Under the pieces are notes generated by a model. The model worked only from the letters and a program-made list of their open reading frames with translations. It made no database searches and had not been told where the DNA came from. From a phage, in the NCBI GenBank assembly GCA_026066175.1, contig GCA_026066175.1_4721.2: a DNA stretch of 64,000 nucleotides; one strand, given 5' to 3'. Every line of letters begins with the position of its first letter. The stretch's first letter is position 1. This document shows, in pieces, positions 38,725-48,764 of the stretch. A program made the translations under genes and the position numbers.

Positions 38725-41700
38725 TTACTTGTAGGCACCGCAATGGGCTTTGATGAGGAAAAGCACCGCTTGCATCGGTTTATTGAACTGTTGCCATAAC
38801 GTTAATGCCGGATGGAACAGCCAATCTTCCAGGCCGAGAACAATACCGTAGTTAACGACATTATTAACATCGTTCTCAACGTTGAGTTCGCTATCCAGGA
38901 ATTTATCGATTGAACGCAGGGTCTGCATGGCGTTGTCAGCAATAAGCCAAGCTTCATGCGCTTCACGAGCCGCACGCAGCACTGCCTCCAGTTCGCTGAT
39001 AGTAGCTACCGGTAATTCCTCACTGGTGAGGTCGTCAGAAACCGTAAACTGGCGATTGATACCGGTGTAGATCCACTGCATCAGTTTCGCTGCTTCCTCG
39101 TTCGGGTTGTTACGCGTTGTCGCATAGGTCGCGCTCATCTTCACGATATGCGTTTCACCAAGATACGCTTTGGACCCAACGCCTTTACGATCGCTGTCTT
39201 TCCACGGTTGTACGGTAGCGACCATGAGCTTATCCCATTTCTGAATAGGAATACGCTTCAGACCAACAACCGATCCGGCCGATGTTTCGGACTGGTTGCT
39301 CTTCCGCACTTCGCTGAGCTCGCGATCGATAGCAACGATTAATTCACGCGTCATGTTACCAAGCATTTTGATTTCACCCAACGCAGCGATGAGCTTCTTC
39401 ACATCGGTAATAGGTTCACCACCGATGGTAAGATGACGGATGAAACGTTTCAGAATAATCCGTTCTGCTGCTGGGTTACCACGACGCGCTTTAGCCAACG
39501 CTTGCTGTGTTTCGGCGAACAGCTTATCCCATGGAGCCGTAGCGGCGGTATAGTAACGGTGGTTGGTTTCAATCCAGTTACCGATACGGTTGACCGCACT
39601 CTTAACGGTATCCATGAACCCTTCCATCGCAATTTCGGTGGCTTCGACGTTACCCTGGAAGTTATCAGGACCGATCTCACGCGCCGCCACCAGAATACCT
39701 TCCACCGCACTCACCGCATGCCGACCGATAGCCAGATTTCGCTGCGCTTCTTCAGCACGCTCAACGAATTCTACAACCGCAGGATCGTCAACGATTTCCG
39801 CCTCAGCAACAACACGAGTACCAGCATCGCCTTCCAGTGTCTCGATGGTGACAACCGGATCGTTTTCACCAGCAACATCCTGGTACTCTTCCTGTTTGAG
39901 ATCGCCGTTATCAGCCGCTGCGACAGCGGTGAGTATACGGACGGTAACATCACCGAGTTCTTTCGCAGCGAATCCGTAGACGGTACATGCTGTTGTCGCA
40001 AAGTTCATCAGTGTGCGCGTGCGTTTAACGATGTAACCAACATCGTAATCGTTGCCGCTCTTATCGATGTCGCGGATTAACCGTTCAGCTGTCTCCTGAA
40101 GCTGTGTAGCTGCTTTCAGAAGGTCTTCGTTAAACAGTTTCGTTGACGCATCGATCAGCATATCAACACTAACGTTAGACGGTACGGCATCATCCTGCTG
40201 TTTCATGGCGCTAAGTTCGTCACGGAACTTACGAATACCGTCTAAAGCGGCGTCGGCGCTATGTCCGAACGCGGCCACGCCAGACATTGTTGTTGCTGTC
40301 AGCATGTCCGTATCAGCGTTTGGACTTTCGCCTTCTTTAAGATCCTTCAGCTGGTCGAAGAACTTACGGGATGCTTCAGCGATACGTTTGCTGTCTTTGA
40401 CTGCGTTTACGATTTTATCAACCGATTTAGCATCGTTCGCAAGCAGCGTATCGAGTTTGTTCCATTCGACGTTGACTTTCTTTTCATCCGAAGTATTACT
40501 CGGCGGAGGAAGCAGTTTCATCACCGGTGCTGTGCGTTGTTCTTTGGTCAGCTTGTTGGCCTTCCCTTCGATTTTTTTCTTATTAACACCAAAGAGATTT
40601 TTCAAACGCGCCACGAGGGCTTTTAAGAACTTCGCGACCGCTTCGTAAACCGATTTCAGAATCTGTTTAAAGCGACCCGGCTGCTTTTCCCCGTCTTCCA
40701 GATTAAGATCGCTGTTCAGCGCGACATCAAGCTGTTTGTACGATTCCATGATGTATTCGTCTTTGATTTCAGGACGAATCTCGAAGCTTTCCATCGGACC
40801 TTCAGCCGGACGGAATTCCATTTTCAGTTCGCCTTGCAGAGTAGGGTCGACAATGGCGATCGCTTCACCCTGACCATCAGCGTTAAAGCGTTCAGCGTAA
40901 CGAGTACGGCGAACAATAACACTCTTATCCCCATCAAGACGACGTACCACCATGGTGCCAGGAATGTATGGTTGTTCTGTTTCAATGACGGTTACATCTG
41001 CCTCACCTTCGCCGAGAATAACCGATGCACGCTGTTCAACAACAGGAACATCTAATACGCCACGTGCTTCCAGCTCTTGATGAATTTCGAACGACTCTTG
41101 TTTCAGATCTTCATCTTCTTCGTTTTCGTCTTCATCACCGTCACCTTTGGTGTCTTCATTACCCTCGGTGGTTTTGGTGTCGGTAGCATCAGCGTCGGCG
41201 TCTGTGTTGGTAGGTTCTTCGGACGCGGGTTCGGTGGTGCTATCCTCGGTGGACGTTTCGTCGGCGTTATCGACGTCAACATCACCTTGCAGCTCCGTTT
41301 CTTGAGCAACGGCGTCGGCTTTCTGCTCACCAGTATTGCCGTCATTAGCGTCGACAACAGGTTGTTCGTCAGCGACGGTATCTTCAACCTTTTCTACTTT
41401 CTCCACAACACGTTTAATCACGGTGACTTTGATGGGTTCTTCCGTCGTTTTGGTTTCTGGCGTCGCCTCGGCTACCTCAGCTGCTGTTTCAGCAACAGGT
41501 TCTGCTTTTTCCGGTTCGACGACATTGCCTTTAACACCTTCGGTGGTTTCTGCAGGTTGCGTCGCCTGTTCGATTTGTGCCGGATTGGTTGGATCGATGG
41601 CGTTAGCCGCATCCTGAATCTTGTTCTTCAGGTTGTCACGGTCAGCGTTAACGGTCGGATCATTGGTCACTTTCGGTGCCGGTGTTTCGGTCGGTGCGTT

Positions 41701-42108
41701 TGCTGGATATGGGTTCTTCGGCTCTTCACCAGGTGCGGTCGGTACGGCGATCAGCACGAACGGCTGCACGTCGTTACCGTCTTCCATGGTAACGCCACCG
41801 TTGCTCGGTGTGAAACGAATTCGTAAACTACCATCGATAGGACGGGTCACAATAACAGCACGTACGACATCCTCGCCGTTCTCATCCGTGCTACGAATTA
41901 CGCGAACGGCATCATCAACAGTAGCCCCTTCCTCGAGCGTATCTGATTCGATCGTCGCTTCGATGCTGTCTGGCCGTGCCGCTGTAGGTAATGCGATCAC
42001 CTGCTCTTCTTTATCAGTAGAAAGCGTTGCTTTGACTTCGATCGGTGTATCGCCGCTTTCCAGGTTAAGATGCGACTTACGCATCAAATCAGCTAACGAT
42101 TTTTTCAT
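38725..42108 (-). CDS. large virion protein with long acidic low-complexity region and internal duplication
   Basis: 1127-aa ORF with SD gagga. Residues ~130-330 are T/E/D/A/P-rich (...TEDSTTEPASEEPTNTDADADATDTKTTEGNEDTKGDGDEDENEEDED...). Two related segments (VVRAVIVTRPIDGSLRIRFTPSNGG and MVVRRLDGDKSVIVRRTRYAERFNADG) flank the acidic region. Confidence 0.65.
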   Translation of the reverse strand: MKKSLADLMRKSHLNLESGDTPIEVKATLSTDKEEQVIALPTAARPDSIEATIESDTLEEGATVDDAVRVIRSTDENGEDVVRAVIVTRPIDGSLRIRFTPSNGGVTMEDGNDVQPFVLIAVPTAPGEEPKNPYPANAPTETPAPKVTNDPTVNADRDNLKNKIQDAANAIDPTNPAQIEQATQPAETTEGVKGNVVEPEKAEPVAETAAEVAEATPETKTTEEPIKVTVIKRVVEKVEKVEDTVADEQPVVDANDGNTGEQKADAVAQETELQGDVDVDNADETSTEDSTTEPASEEPTNTDADADATDTKTTEGNEDTKGDGDEDENEEDEDLKQESFEIHQELEARGVLDVPVVEQRASVILGEGEADVTVIETEQPYIPGTMVVRRLDGDKSVIVRRTRYAERFNADGQGEAIAIVDPTLQGELKMEFRPAEGPMESFEIRPEIKDEYIMESYKQLDVALNSDLNLEDGEKQPGRFKQILKSVYEAVAKFLKALVARLKNLFGVNKKKIEGKANKLTKEQRTAPVMKLLPPPSNTSDEKKVNVEWNKLDTLLANDAKSVDKIVNAVKDSKRIAEASRKFFDQLKDLKEGESPNADTDMLTATTMSGVAAFGHSADAALDGIRKFRDELSAMKQQDDAVPSNVSVDMLIDASTKLFNEDLLKAATQLQETAERLIRDIDKSGNDYDVGYIVKRTRTLMNFATTACTVYGFAAKELGDVTVRILTAVAAADNGDLKQEEYQDVAGENDPVVTIETLEGDAGTRVVAEAEIVDDPAVVEFVERAEEAQRNLAIGRHAVSAVEGILVAAREIGPDNFQGNVEATEIAMEGFMDTVKSAVNRIGNWIETNHRYYTAATAPWDKLFAETQQALAKARRGNPAAERIILKRFIRHLTIGGEPITDVKKLIAALGEIKMLGNMTRELIVAIDRELSEVRKSNQSETSAGSVVGLKRIPIQKWDKLMVATVQPWKDSDRKGVGSKAYLGETHIVKMSATYATTRNNPNEEAAKLMQWIYTGINRQFTVSDDLTSEELPVATISELEAVLRAAREAHEAWLIADNAMQTLRSIDKFLDSELNVENDVNNVVNYGIVLGLEDWLFHPALTLWQQFNKPMQAVLFLIKAHCGAYK

Positions 42109-42123
42109 AAAACGTTGTTCCTC

Positions 42124-43227
42124 TTAAAAGTAATATTTCAGCGCCTCGCGAGAGACGTCAAGCATAGCCGCCGTTGAGTTCGTGAAGAACTCGGCATAGC
42201 CCACAAGCGGCACCTTGATCCACGCGGTATACGCTGTAAGGTATCGAGAAAGGGCTACCATAGCATCATCAGAAGCTGTAATGGATAACTGACCTTGTTG
42301 ACGATACACATCGTTCAGTTTTGCTTGCAGGTTCCCTGCGATCTCAAGTAATTCGTTGGCGTACTTTTTACGATGGTACGTAATAAGCAGATCAACACCG
42401 GTATTTACCGATTCGAGTAAAACGCCAATCTGCTCCAACGACGGCATGGTTACAACCATATCACGCTCAACAGACACGACGTCCTGAACTTCAAATCGTG
42501 CTGATTGAATCGCGAGAGATTGTTGGATTGCTCCAGAACCCGTTGCGGTAACCTGATCAAGTCGTAGCATCCGGTTACCTAACAACGTCGTGTTAACCAG
42601 CCGCGATTCATTCAACGCACTGTACACCTTGTTCAACAGCGTGTGTGCATCACGATTAATCACATCGATTAATGCGGTATCCGTCTGTTTTAAGATGATG
42701 TCAAGCGCTCTGTCTAACGTGTTTGCGAACTGTTTGAAGTCATCACGGAACGACGTTGACAACAGGTATTCTGCGATCTTCAGGTTTTGTTTGTATAACG
42801 TGTTTCCGGTGGTGAAGTCGAACCCGAAACTGTTTCCATAACGCAAATGTGGTGCGAGCGTGGGTGAGGCTTCAAAACTTTGCGCGATGGGTTTATGTCC
42901 AACCGCTTTCGTGTATTGACGACGGATATTACTCAGCTCGATTTGCAACGCACGACTGCGGTCGATATACCGTGCGATGAAAGCAGTGATATTCCGCAAC
43001 GTTGTCCAAATCGCATCGATGATCGCTTTGATGATTTTCATCGCAAGCTGGTTGTATGATTCCAGGGTAAGGAGATCAGCGCTTTCTGTAGCATAACCGG
43101 TTGCCAGAGCGCCGCCCGCTTGCTGATAAATAAGCTGATGGATTTGTCGTTGTGTTGCCGTCTCAGGTAGAGGTAAGGTTTTTAACAAGCTTAAGGCTTG
43201 GATTTGTCCATCATTGGTCTGCAGCAT
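42124..43227 (-). CDS. virion protein, paralogue family C (head-internal/ejection-type protein candidate)
   Basis: The ATG at 43227 (MLQTNDGQ...) has SD gagga with an 8-nt spacer; the track start at 43290 would overlap the upstream gene by 80 nt. Shares the central A..A(L)..W....I helix region with 43211..48721 genes. Confidence 0.55.
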   Translation of the reverse strand: MLQTNDGQIQALSLLKTLPLPETATQRQIHQLIYQQAGGALATGYATESADLLTLESYNQLAMKIIKAIIDAIWTTLRNITAFIARYIDRSRALQIELSNIRRQYTKAVGHKPIAQSFEASPTLAPHLRYGNSFGFDFTTGNTLYKQNLKIAEYLLSTSFRDDFKQFANTLDRALDIILKQTDTALIDVINRDAHTLLNKVYSALNESRLVNTTLLGNRMLRLDQVTATGSGAIQQSLAIQSARFEVQDVVSVERDMVVTMPSLEQIGVLLESVNTGVDLLITYHRKKYANELLEIAGNLQAKLNDVYRQQGQLSITASDDAMVALSRYLTAYTAWIKVPLVGYAEFFTNSTAAMLDVSREALKYYF

Positions 43228-44512
43228 TGCGGGTTTCCTCAAGTTCGAGATGTGCATCAAGGTAATCGTTAAGACCATCGATGACGTCACAGACCGTTAA
43301 CAGGAATCGAGCAAAAGCAACGGCCTGGAAGCCAACGACATTACGAGCAATGCTAACACGTTGCACAATGGCGGTTGAAGCCGCTTGGTCATCGTAGATC
43401 TGATGCAACAAACGTTCGTAGGGCTGAATCCATTCATCTTGATCAGCGAGGCTTGCCTCAAGACAACGTTTAAATTCCAATTGACGTAGCGTTGACCATA
43501 AGGTGCTTAATGCGCCGATGATGGCGTTGGTTCCATCAAGAACATCGTTCAAGGGCAGGAAACGGAATCCGTCCTTCGCTGACTGGAAAGGAATGGCTTC
43601 CCATACAACGCTAAACTGTGCGCCAGTATAATCATCGACGTTCAGTACTTTTAACTGCGAAGCGCCAACCGGTGCGTTTATGATGACGTCATTGGTTTCA
43701 GTGTTCTCCAACGGCTTTTCACACAACGCGTCGTTGATCGCCTTAAGGATGTTTTCCCAACATGCCTCATTTTCAGCCGCGATGTTATCTTTGTTCTCCA
43801 ACACCGGTGCTTTTAATAACCGCATCAGTAACGGATCAAGCTGACGATGCCATGCCGCCAGTATCCCGGTATTTGTCATGATGTTTTCTGCGGTCTGTTG
43901 TAAATCCGCAACGCTGCTTACCGCACCGCCTCTTGGATGGAGATATCGCCAGTTATACGGGAAGTTCTCCCAGAAGGCATTATCTTCGTTAACCGTATAT
44001 GCAGGAAGATTTTTCAGTTTTACGGCTTTCTTCAGCAACGGTTTTACTTGACGCACAAAACGACGATAACTGCGGTTGCAAATATCAATGGCGTAGCGAT
44101 ACAACTCGTTCATGTAAAGCCATAACGCTCGGGTTGCCTCTTTCGCGGTTTTGTCAAAACTTTCCATGTTAAGACTCATCCCACCTGAGGTTTCCTCTTC
44201 CATCCCATCGATGATCTGATTGGGATCCATTCCCATCCCAGCCGCTGCGGTTGAAGCGATATGTTTGATGGTATTAATATCACGTTCTTCAACTTCGGTC
44301 ATGTTAGGGACAATATCTAACCGGAGTTTGTTTAATGTTTGAAGGTGTTGTTCACCTTCCTTCATGACGGTGTTCGTTTCATCGAGTGAGCGAAGCTGAT
44401 TTTCGATATTACCGACATCGAGGATGTTGCCAGCGACACCGAATGATTCTACAGGTTCATCATCTATCCCTTGAAACAACGCGGTCATGGGTTGTTGCAA
44501 CACGTTTTCCAT
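43211..44512 (-). CDS. virion protein, paralogue family C
   Basis: 433-aa ORF with SD aggag; DINTIKHIASTAAAGMGMDPNQ...TAKEATRALWLYMNEL aligns with DVALIRQIASTSAANLGMSDED...KERAAQALYAVWVTI in 44666..45958. Confidence 0.65.
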   Translation of the reverse strand: MENVLQQPMTALFQGIDDEPVESFGVAGNILDVGNIENQLRSLDETNTVMKEGEQHLQTLNKLRLDIVPNMTEVEERDINTIKHIASTAAAGMGMDPNQIIDGMEEETSGGMSLNMESFDKTAKEATRALWLYMNELYRYAIDICNRSYRRFVRQVKPLLKKAVKLKNLPAYTVNEDNAFWENFPYNWRYLHPRGGAVSSVADLQQTAENIMTNTGILAAWHRQLDPLLMRLLKAPVLENKDNIAAENEACWENILKAINDALCEKPLENTETNDVIINAPVGASQLKVLNVDDYTGAQFSVVWEAIPFQSAKDGFRFLPLNDVLDGTNAIIGALSTLWSTLRQLEFKRCLEASLADQDEWIQPYERLLHQIYDDQAASTAIVQRVSIARNVVGFQAVAFARFLLTVCDVIDGLNDYLDAHLELEETRNAADQ

Positions 44513-44568
44513 TTAGGACTCCTACGTAGGAAAGATCATGGTGGGTGATCATGTCCACCATTGTGCGC

Positions 44569-44591
44569 GGTATGGAGCGTGGCTCCATACC
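44569..44591 (-). promoter_or_regulatory. perfect 10-bp stem / 3-nt loop hairpin in the 5' leader of 43211..44512
   Basis: ggtatggagc-gtg-gctccatacc, about 60 nt upstream of the start codon. Confidence 0.4.
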
Positions 44592-44626
44592 CAAGTCAAA
44601 AGATAACCGGATATTAACGGCATATA

Positions 44627-44658
44627 CCCTCCTCCTTCCCTTCCGGGTTGGAGGAGGG
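44627..44658. terminator. conserved GNRA-capped hairpin element, copy 6 (canonical sequence on the minus strand)
   Basis: Plus strand reads ccctcctcc-tt-ccc-ttcc-ggg-tt-ggaggaggg, the reverse complement of the canonical element; 8 nt downstream of the stop of 44666..45958. Confidence 0.6.
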
Positions 44659-44665
44659 ATTTAGC

Positions 44666-45958
44666 TTATTTTGCTTTCTCGGTTACCGCGTTGAAGTATT
44701 TCGCTGCAGCAAATACCGCCTCCGCATACTGACGGACAGAGGCACGGAGGATCTTGGTTCCTAATACCGAGCTTAAACGAGCCATTTCTGTTACAGCCGC
44801 GATATAAGGACGTACGGTTTCACGATCGGCCTCAGGTAACTTGTCGAGCATTTCGCCCCACTTCGTTTTGATTTTCATTCCGTTGAGTTTAGCATCTCGT
44901 CCTACAGTGCTTGCCAAACTTTCAACTTTATGCAAATATGTCGGCTCCACCCTATGGAATGCCTTCAGATATGCCGTCAATGCGCTTTTCAGCTCATTCC
45001 CATCGTGGAAAATATTCACATTTTCGATATTATCTGTTACGGTGTCAACAACTTCGATATGAACATCCTTCACCAAAGCACATGCTTTAATGACATCTTT
45101 CTCTTTTTCTAACGCATCCAGCCCTTTAACGACATATTGTTTTCCGCCGCTTTCTGGAAGTCTGAACGCTCTCAGCGCAGCTTTAGTGGTCTGAAGATAC
45201 TTATCTAGAACACTATCGAGCGTTGTTAAATCAGTTAGGACATTGATGTCGTAGTTGATGTCACCGATCATAGTAAATAGGAAATCTGACGTCGCCGCAC
45301 TTGCAGCTAATTGTTCGATATGTTTGCTAACGGATGTTGCATTAACCGATTTTGCGTTCGGGAACATATTAACCATATTCCCGGTAGGCTTCTCTAGCTG
45401 CTTGATCTGACGTTCCCCTTTATTGACTTCGGATGCGATTTTGGTGATCTCAGCATAAGCCAGAACGAGATTCTTGAAAAGCGTCTGGAGCAACTTAAAC
45501 AATTGTTCAGCAATATTCGCGATGGTGACCCAGACCGCATACAGTGCTTGCGCTGCACGTTCCTTGAAGCCTTCCAGCACGATAGCTTGGCCTTCGACTA
45601 ACTTATCATTAGCCTGGAACATGTCTTCATCAGACATACCCAGGTTAGCTGCCGATGTTGATGCGATTTGGCGGATAAGCGCAACGTCGCTGGCGCGGGC
45701 TTCTGTGATCGTTGATGCGATTACGTAGGCGGTATCTTCCAACGTTGCTGATGTCCGTACAGCGATTTCAGCCAGTTCGCTGTTCTCGTCGATGCTGTCG
45801 TCGGTATGTCGAATCACCAACTCAACTTCATCTTCCTCAATTTCTGCGTTGGGGTCTTGTTGCTCGGGTGAAATCGATGCAAGAACATCTTCAGCGCTGA
45901 GTAGTGCGAGTTCAAAAGCGTTTTTATTGATGTTATCAAAAAGAGAAATACGGGCCAT
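44666..45958 (-). CDS. virion protein, paralogue family C
   Basis: 430-aa ORF with SD aaggaa; acidic N-terminal region (PEQQDPNAEIEEDEVELV...) followed by the conserved family core. Confidence 0.65.
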   Translation of the reverse strand: MARISLFDNINKNAFELALLSAEDVLASISPEQQDPNAEIEEDEVELVIRHTDDSIDENSELAEIAVRTSATLEDTAYVIASTITEARASDVALIRQIASTSAANLGMSDEDMFQANDKLVEGQAIVLEGFKERAAQALYAVWVTIANIAEQLFKLLQTLFKNLVLAYAEITKIASEVNKGERQIKQLEKPTGNMVNMFPNAKSVNATSVSKHIEQLAASAATSDFLFTMIGDINYDINVLTDLTTLDSVLDKYLQTTKAALRAFRLPESGGKQYVVKGLDALEKEKDVIKACALVKDVHIEVVDTVTDNIENVNIFHDGNELKSALTAYLKAFHRVEPTYLHKVESLASTVGRDAKLNGMKIKTKWGEMLDKLPEADRETVRPYIAAVTEMARLSSVLGTKILRASVRQYAEAVFAAAKYFNAVTEKAK

Positions 45959-45967
45959 GTGGGTTCC

Positions 45968-47287
45968 TTAACCTTTAGTATAGGCTTTAACGAGGGTGTT
46001 AATAAAAGAAGTTAATGCACGAAGGTACTGATAAGCGAATTGGTTTTCAATACGTTGCTCTTTACTGCAGAGCATGATCGCCCGTTTCACCAGTTTGGGA
46101 TATATTTCAACGTACGGTTTATAACTGTCGTCGTATTGCTGCGTATCGAATTTTTTCATGGCTTCATACTGCAGCTTTTCCATCTGACGAACACGAGCAC
46201 GATCGAAGATCTTGGAGAACGCACGTCCGCGTTGGGTGATCGCAATCAGATCTTTCGCTAACGAAAGCGGTTTAACGCTACGGAAATCATCCGGTGTGGG
46301 TAGCGTGTAGTTTTCTGGATCGCTATCCCATTCGGTCGCTGCGTCTTCAACCACGACATCCAATTTCAGATAATTTTCAATCGCGGCAAGAACGTTGTCT
46401 TTTGCCGCATTGAATTCTTTTAAGAACACAGCAGCATTAACATAACGAATACGTTTACCAGAAACCGCCGGTGTAACCACATCACTCCCGTCAACGGAAC
46501 CTCTGTTCTCCAATGCGGTTTTCAGTGTATCCAGAAACGACATGTAGTCCACAGGAAGTTGGTCAACACGATCTAAACGAAAATCGAATGTCTTCACACC
46601 AAGACCGGTGGTAAGGTCGTAACGTGCACCGCCTGCCATGATTCGGTTATAGTTCTCAAGGTTCTTCTTGATTTCGTCAACACCACCGACATGATTGCGA
46701 TTGGAAAAGAGGATACGCCAACCGGCTTTGAACGGCACGGTAACCGTTTCTTCTTTACCTTTCGGAAGTTTTTCTAACGCTTTGATCGCATTCTGGAAAT
46801 TGCGGGTTTCATCATAGATGATCCGCGTTAATCCTTCCAGGACAGCAGCCAGTTGCAGAACAATATCAACAATGATATCCCAGATCTTTTTCAACGCTCG
46901 AACGACGGTGTCTTTGAACCCTTCAACAACCAACGCTTCACCCACGGTGATGTTGTCAGTAGGACGAAGCATTGCATCGGAAGGCAGACCTAAAGCGATT
47001 GAGGCGGATTCTTGAACGTTACGTACCAATGCAACGTCGCTGTAGTTAGCCGTCTCAATCGTTGGTGCAACATCAAAACTGATTTCTCGTAATGCTTCAA
47101 CAGCAGGGAAAGCACGATCGAGCGCCTCTTCATGTTCATCGATGTTCGCTAAACGGAGTTCAACCCCATCAGCGTCAATGACTTCGGTGGTAGGCTCTGC
47201 TGCAAGCGCCTCGGCAACGATGGGATCCTTCTCAAAAGCTTCAAGGCTAATATCGCCTTGTGTAGCAAATAGTGGTATACGTACCAT
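45968..47287 (-). CDS. virion protein, paralogue family C
   Basis: The ATG at 47287 (MVRIPLFATQGDISLEAF...) is preceded by tggaga; the track start at 47311 is a TTG with no SD. Collinear with 44666..45958 (RI(S/P)LF...DVAL(I/V)R...EGFK(E/D)). Confidence 0.65.
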   Translation of the reverse strand: MVRIPLFATQGDISLEAFEKDPIVAEALAAEPTTEVIDADGVELRLANIDEHEEALDRAFPAVEALREISFDVAPTIETANYSDVALVRNVQESASIALGLPSDAMLRPTDNITVGEALVVEGFKDTVVRALKKIWDIIVDIVLQLAAVLEGLTRIIYDETRNFQNAIKALEKLPKGKEETVTVPFKAGWRILFSNRNHVGGVDEIKKNLENYNRIMAGGARYDLTTGLGVKTFDFRLDRVDQLPVDYMSFLDTLKTALENRGSVDGSDVVTPAVSGKRIRYVNAAVFLKEFNAAKDNVLAAIENYLKLDVVVEDAATEWDSDPENYTLPTPDDFRSVKPLSLAKDLIAITQRGRAFSKIFDRARVRQMEKLQYEAMKKFDTQQYDDSYKPYVEIYPKLVKRAIMLCSKEQRIENQFAYQYLRALTSFINTLVKAYTKG

Positions 47288-47335
47288 GTGATGTCTCCAG
47301 TAATAATTCAAAAGATAAATCAGCGCAGCATAAGA

Positions 47336-47367
47336 CCCTCTCCCAACCCGGAAGGGAAGGGAGAGGG
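47336..47367. terminator. conserved GNRA-capped hairpin element, copy 7
   Basis: gcataaga-ccctctccc-aa-ccc-ggaa-ggg-aa-gggagaggg-aatatg, 23 nt downstream of the stop of 47390..48721. Confidence 0.6.
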
Positions 47368-47389
47368 AATATGTCAGTTTACTAACTGA

Positions 47390-48721
47390 TTATTTCTGTG
47401 CTGCGTCAGCCGGTTTTTCAGCCGCCTGGCCGCTGTACTCTTTCAGCATTTTAGCAACGCCGTCCAGTACTGCGTTACCCGCCTGAACACCGTACTTCAT
47501 CAGGCTAACCTGCGGGTTGATGTAGCAAGAACGTGCGTCTTTCAGTGCAGACAGCACAGTTTTAACACGCTGTTTCTCTTGAGCAGAAACTTCGCCTTTC
47601 TTAGCCAGTTCAGCTTCCATATCGTCGCCGAATTTAACAGCGTCTTTGAAGCCCTGGGATTTCTTACCGATGTTACCTTTCGCAGCCAGCAGTTTATCGG
47701 CCAGCGCTTCAACGCTGTTGATCACCGCAGCCATCTGGTTCGGGGACAGTACATCGGCTTCCTGTTCCATCACGGTGATTGCGTTATTGCCGCGTTCCCA
47801 GGTCACTTTACCGTCGGTGGTTTTGAATCCCCAACCGTTCGGACCTTTCACATCAGCGATCGCAGGCGCGTTCAGTTTGTCGGTGTACTCAGTATGTGAT
47901 TTAGACTTAACGAGTTCAACGAATTTATCCGCACGATCGTCAGCCGCCTTCATTGCTTTCTCGAAGGTATCTGCGATTTTGCTTGATGCACCAGCGATAT
48001 CGATATCGCCAATATAACCGGTAACAGTGGTGCCCAGTTTAACTTTCGCGTTCTTCGGAGAGCCTTTACGTTTGGCGATCATTTCTTTCAGTTTAGCCGC
48101 ACGTGCTTTCAGTTTGGTTGCACCGTCGAAGATACGATCGATGAACTTCACGAAGTTGTCCCAGGTGGATTTCAGGAAGTTCTTAATTGCAGTCCACAGT
48201 TTCTGCCACCATTTCTGTTCTTCCAGGAAGATCATGTTGGTTGCATCATAACGGGAAGCGGAACCGCCGAAGCTTTCGAAGGAAGGCATGGTTTCCGGCA
48301 GTTTGAAGCCGATAGTACCACACAGACGTTTCAGATTACGCATGTGTTCTTGCGCGGTCTGTGCAGACATACCACCGTCTTTCAGATAGCTTTCGGTCGC
48401 AACAACGGTTTCCGTCATTTCGTCCATGGCTTCGTCCATGGCTTCAGCGGTTTCGTCGTCTTTTGCGATTTCGATAACAACAGCATCAACCTGCTCGATG
48501 TCACCACGGACTTCGATAGCCAGTTCGGTTTCAGCAGCGGTGTCTTCAGCGATTTCAGCACGTTCGGTCAGTTCAGCCACAACGGTTTCATCGCCTGCAG
48601 CAGCATCGGCTGCCGGTTCTGCTTCAACGGTTGCCGCAGCTTCCGGATCGATCTCAGCAGCCAGTTGAACCAGCTGTGCGTTAGATGGATTTGCGACAAG
48701 ACGATCAAAAATAGAAGGCAT
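47390..48721 (-). CDS. abundant virion protein, paralogue family C, with acidic AxE-rich N-terminal region (propeptide-like)
   Basis: 443-aa ORF with SD taaagga; strongly optimised codon usage; N-terminal ~100 aa are acidic and alanine-rich with many A-x-E triplets (AAEIDPEAAATVEAEPAADAAAGDETVVAELTERAEIAEDTAAETELAIE...). Confidence 0.65.
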   Translation of the reverse strand: MPSIFDRLVANPSNAQLVQLAAEIDPEAAATVEAEPAADAAAGDETVVAELTERAEIAEDTAAETELAIEVRGDIEQVDAVVIEIAKDDETAEAMDEAMDEMTETVVATESYLKDGGMSAQTAQEHMRNLKRLCGTIGFKLPETMPSFESFGGSASRYDATNMIFLEEQKWWQKLWTAIKNFLKSTWDNFVKFIDRIFDGATKLKARAAKLKEMIAKRKGSPKNAKVKLGTTVTGYIGDIDIAGASSKIADTFEKAMKAADDRADKFVELVKSKSHTEYTDKLNAPAIADVKGPNGWGFKTTDGKVTWERGNNAITVMEQEADVLSPNQMAAVINSVEALADKLLAAKGNIGKKSQGFKDAVKFGDDMEAELAKKGEVSAQEKQRVKTVLSALKDARSCYINPQVSLMKYGVQAGNAVLDGVAKMLKEYSGQAAEKPADAAQK

Positions 48722-48764
48722 AATTTTGTTTCCTTTACAATAAATTGCACATTAGCTAATGCGG

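Noticed and set aside
33326-47301. TATATTAC / ATTATTAC-like motif upstream of two minus-strand genes (32895..33299 and 45968..47287) as a possible phage promoter consensus
   Set aside because: Found convincingly at only two or three sites and absent from the upstream regions of most other genes; my recollection of related jumbo-phage promoter consensus is unverified, so I do not call promoters from it.
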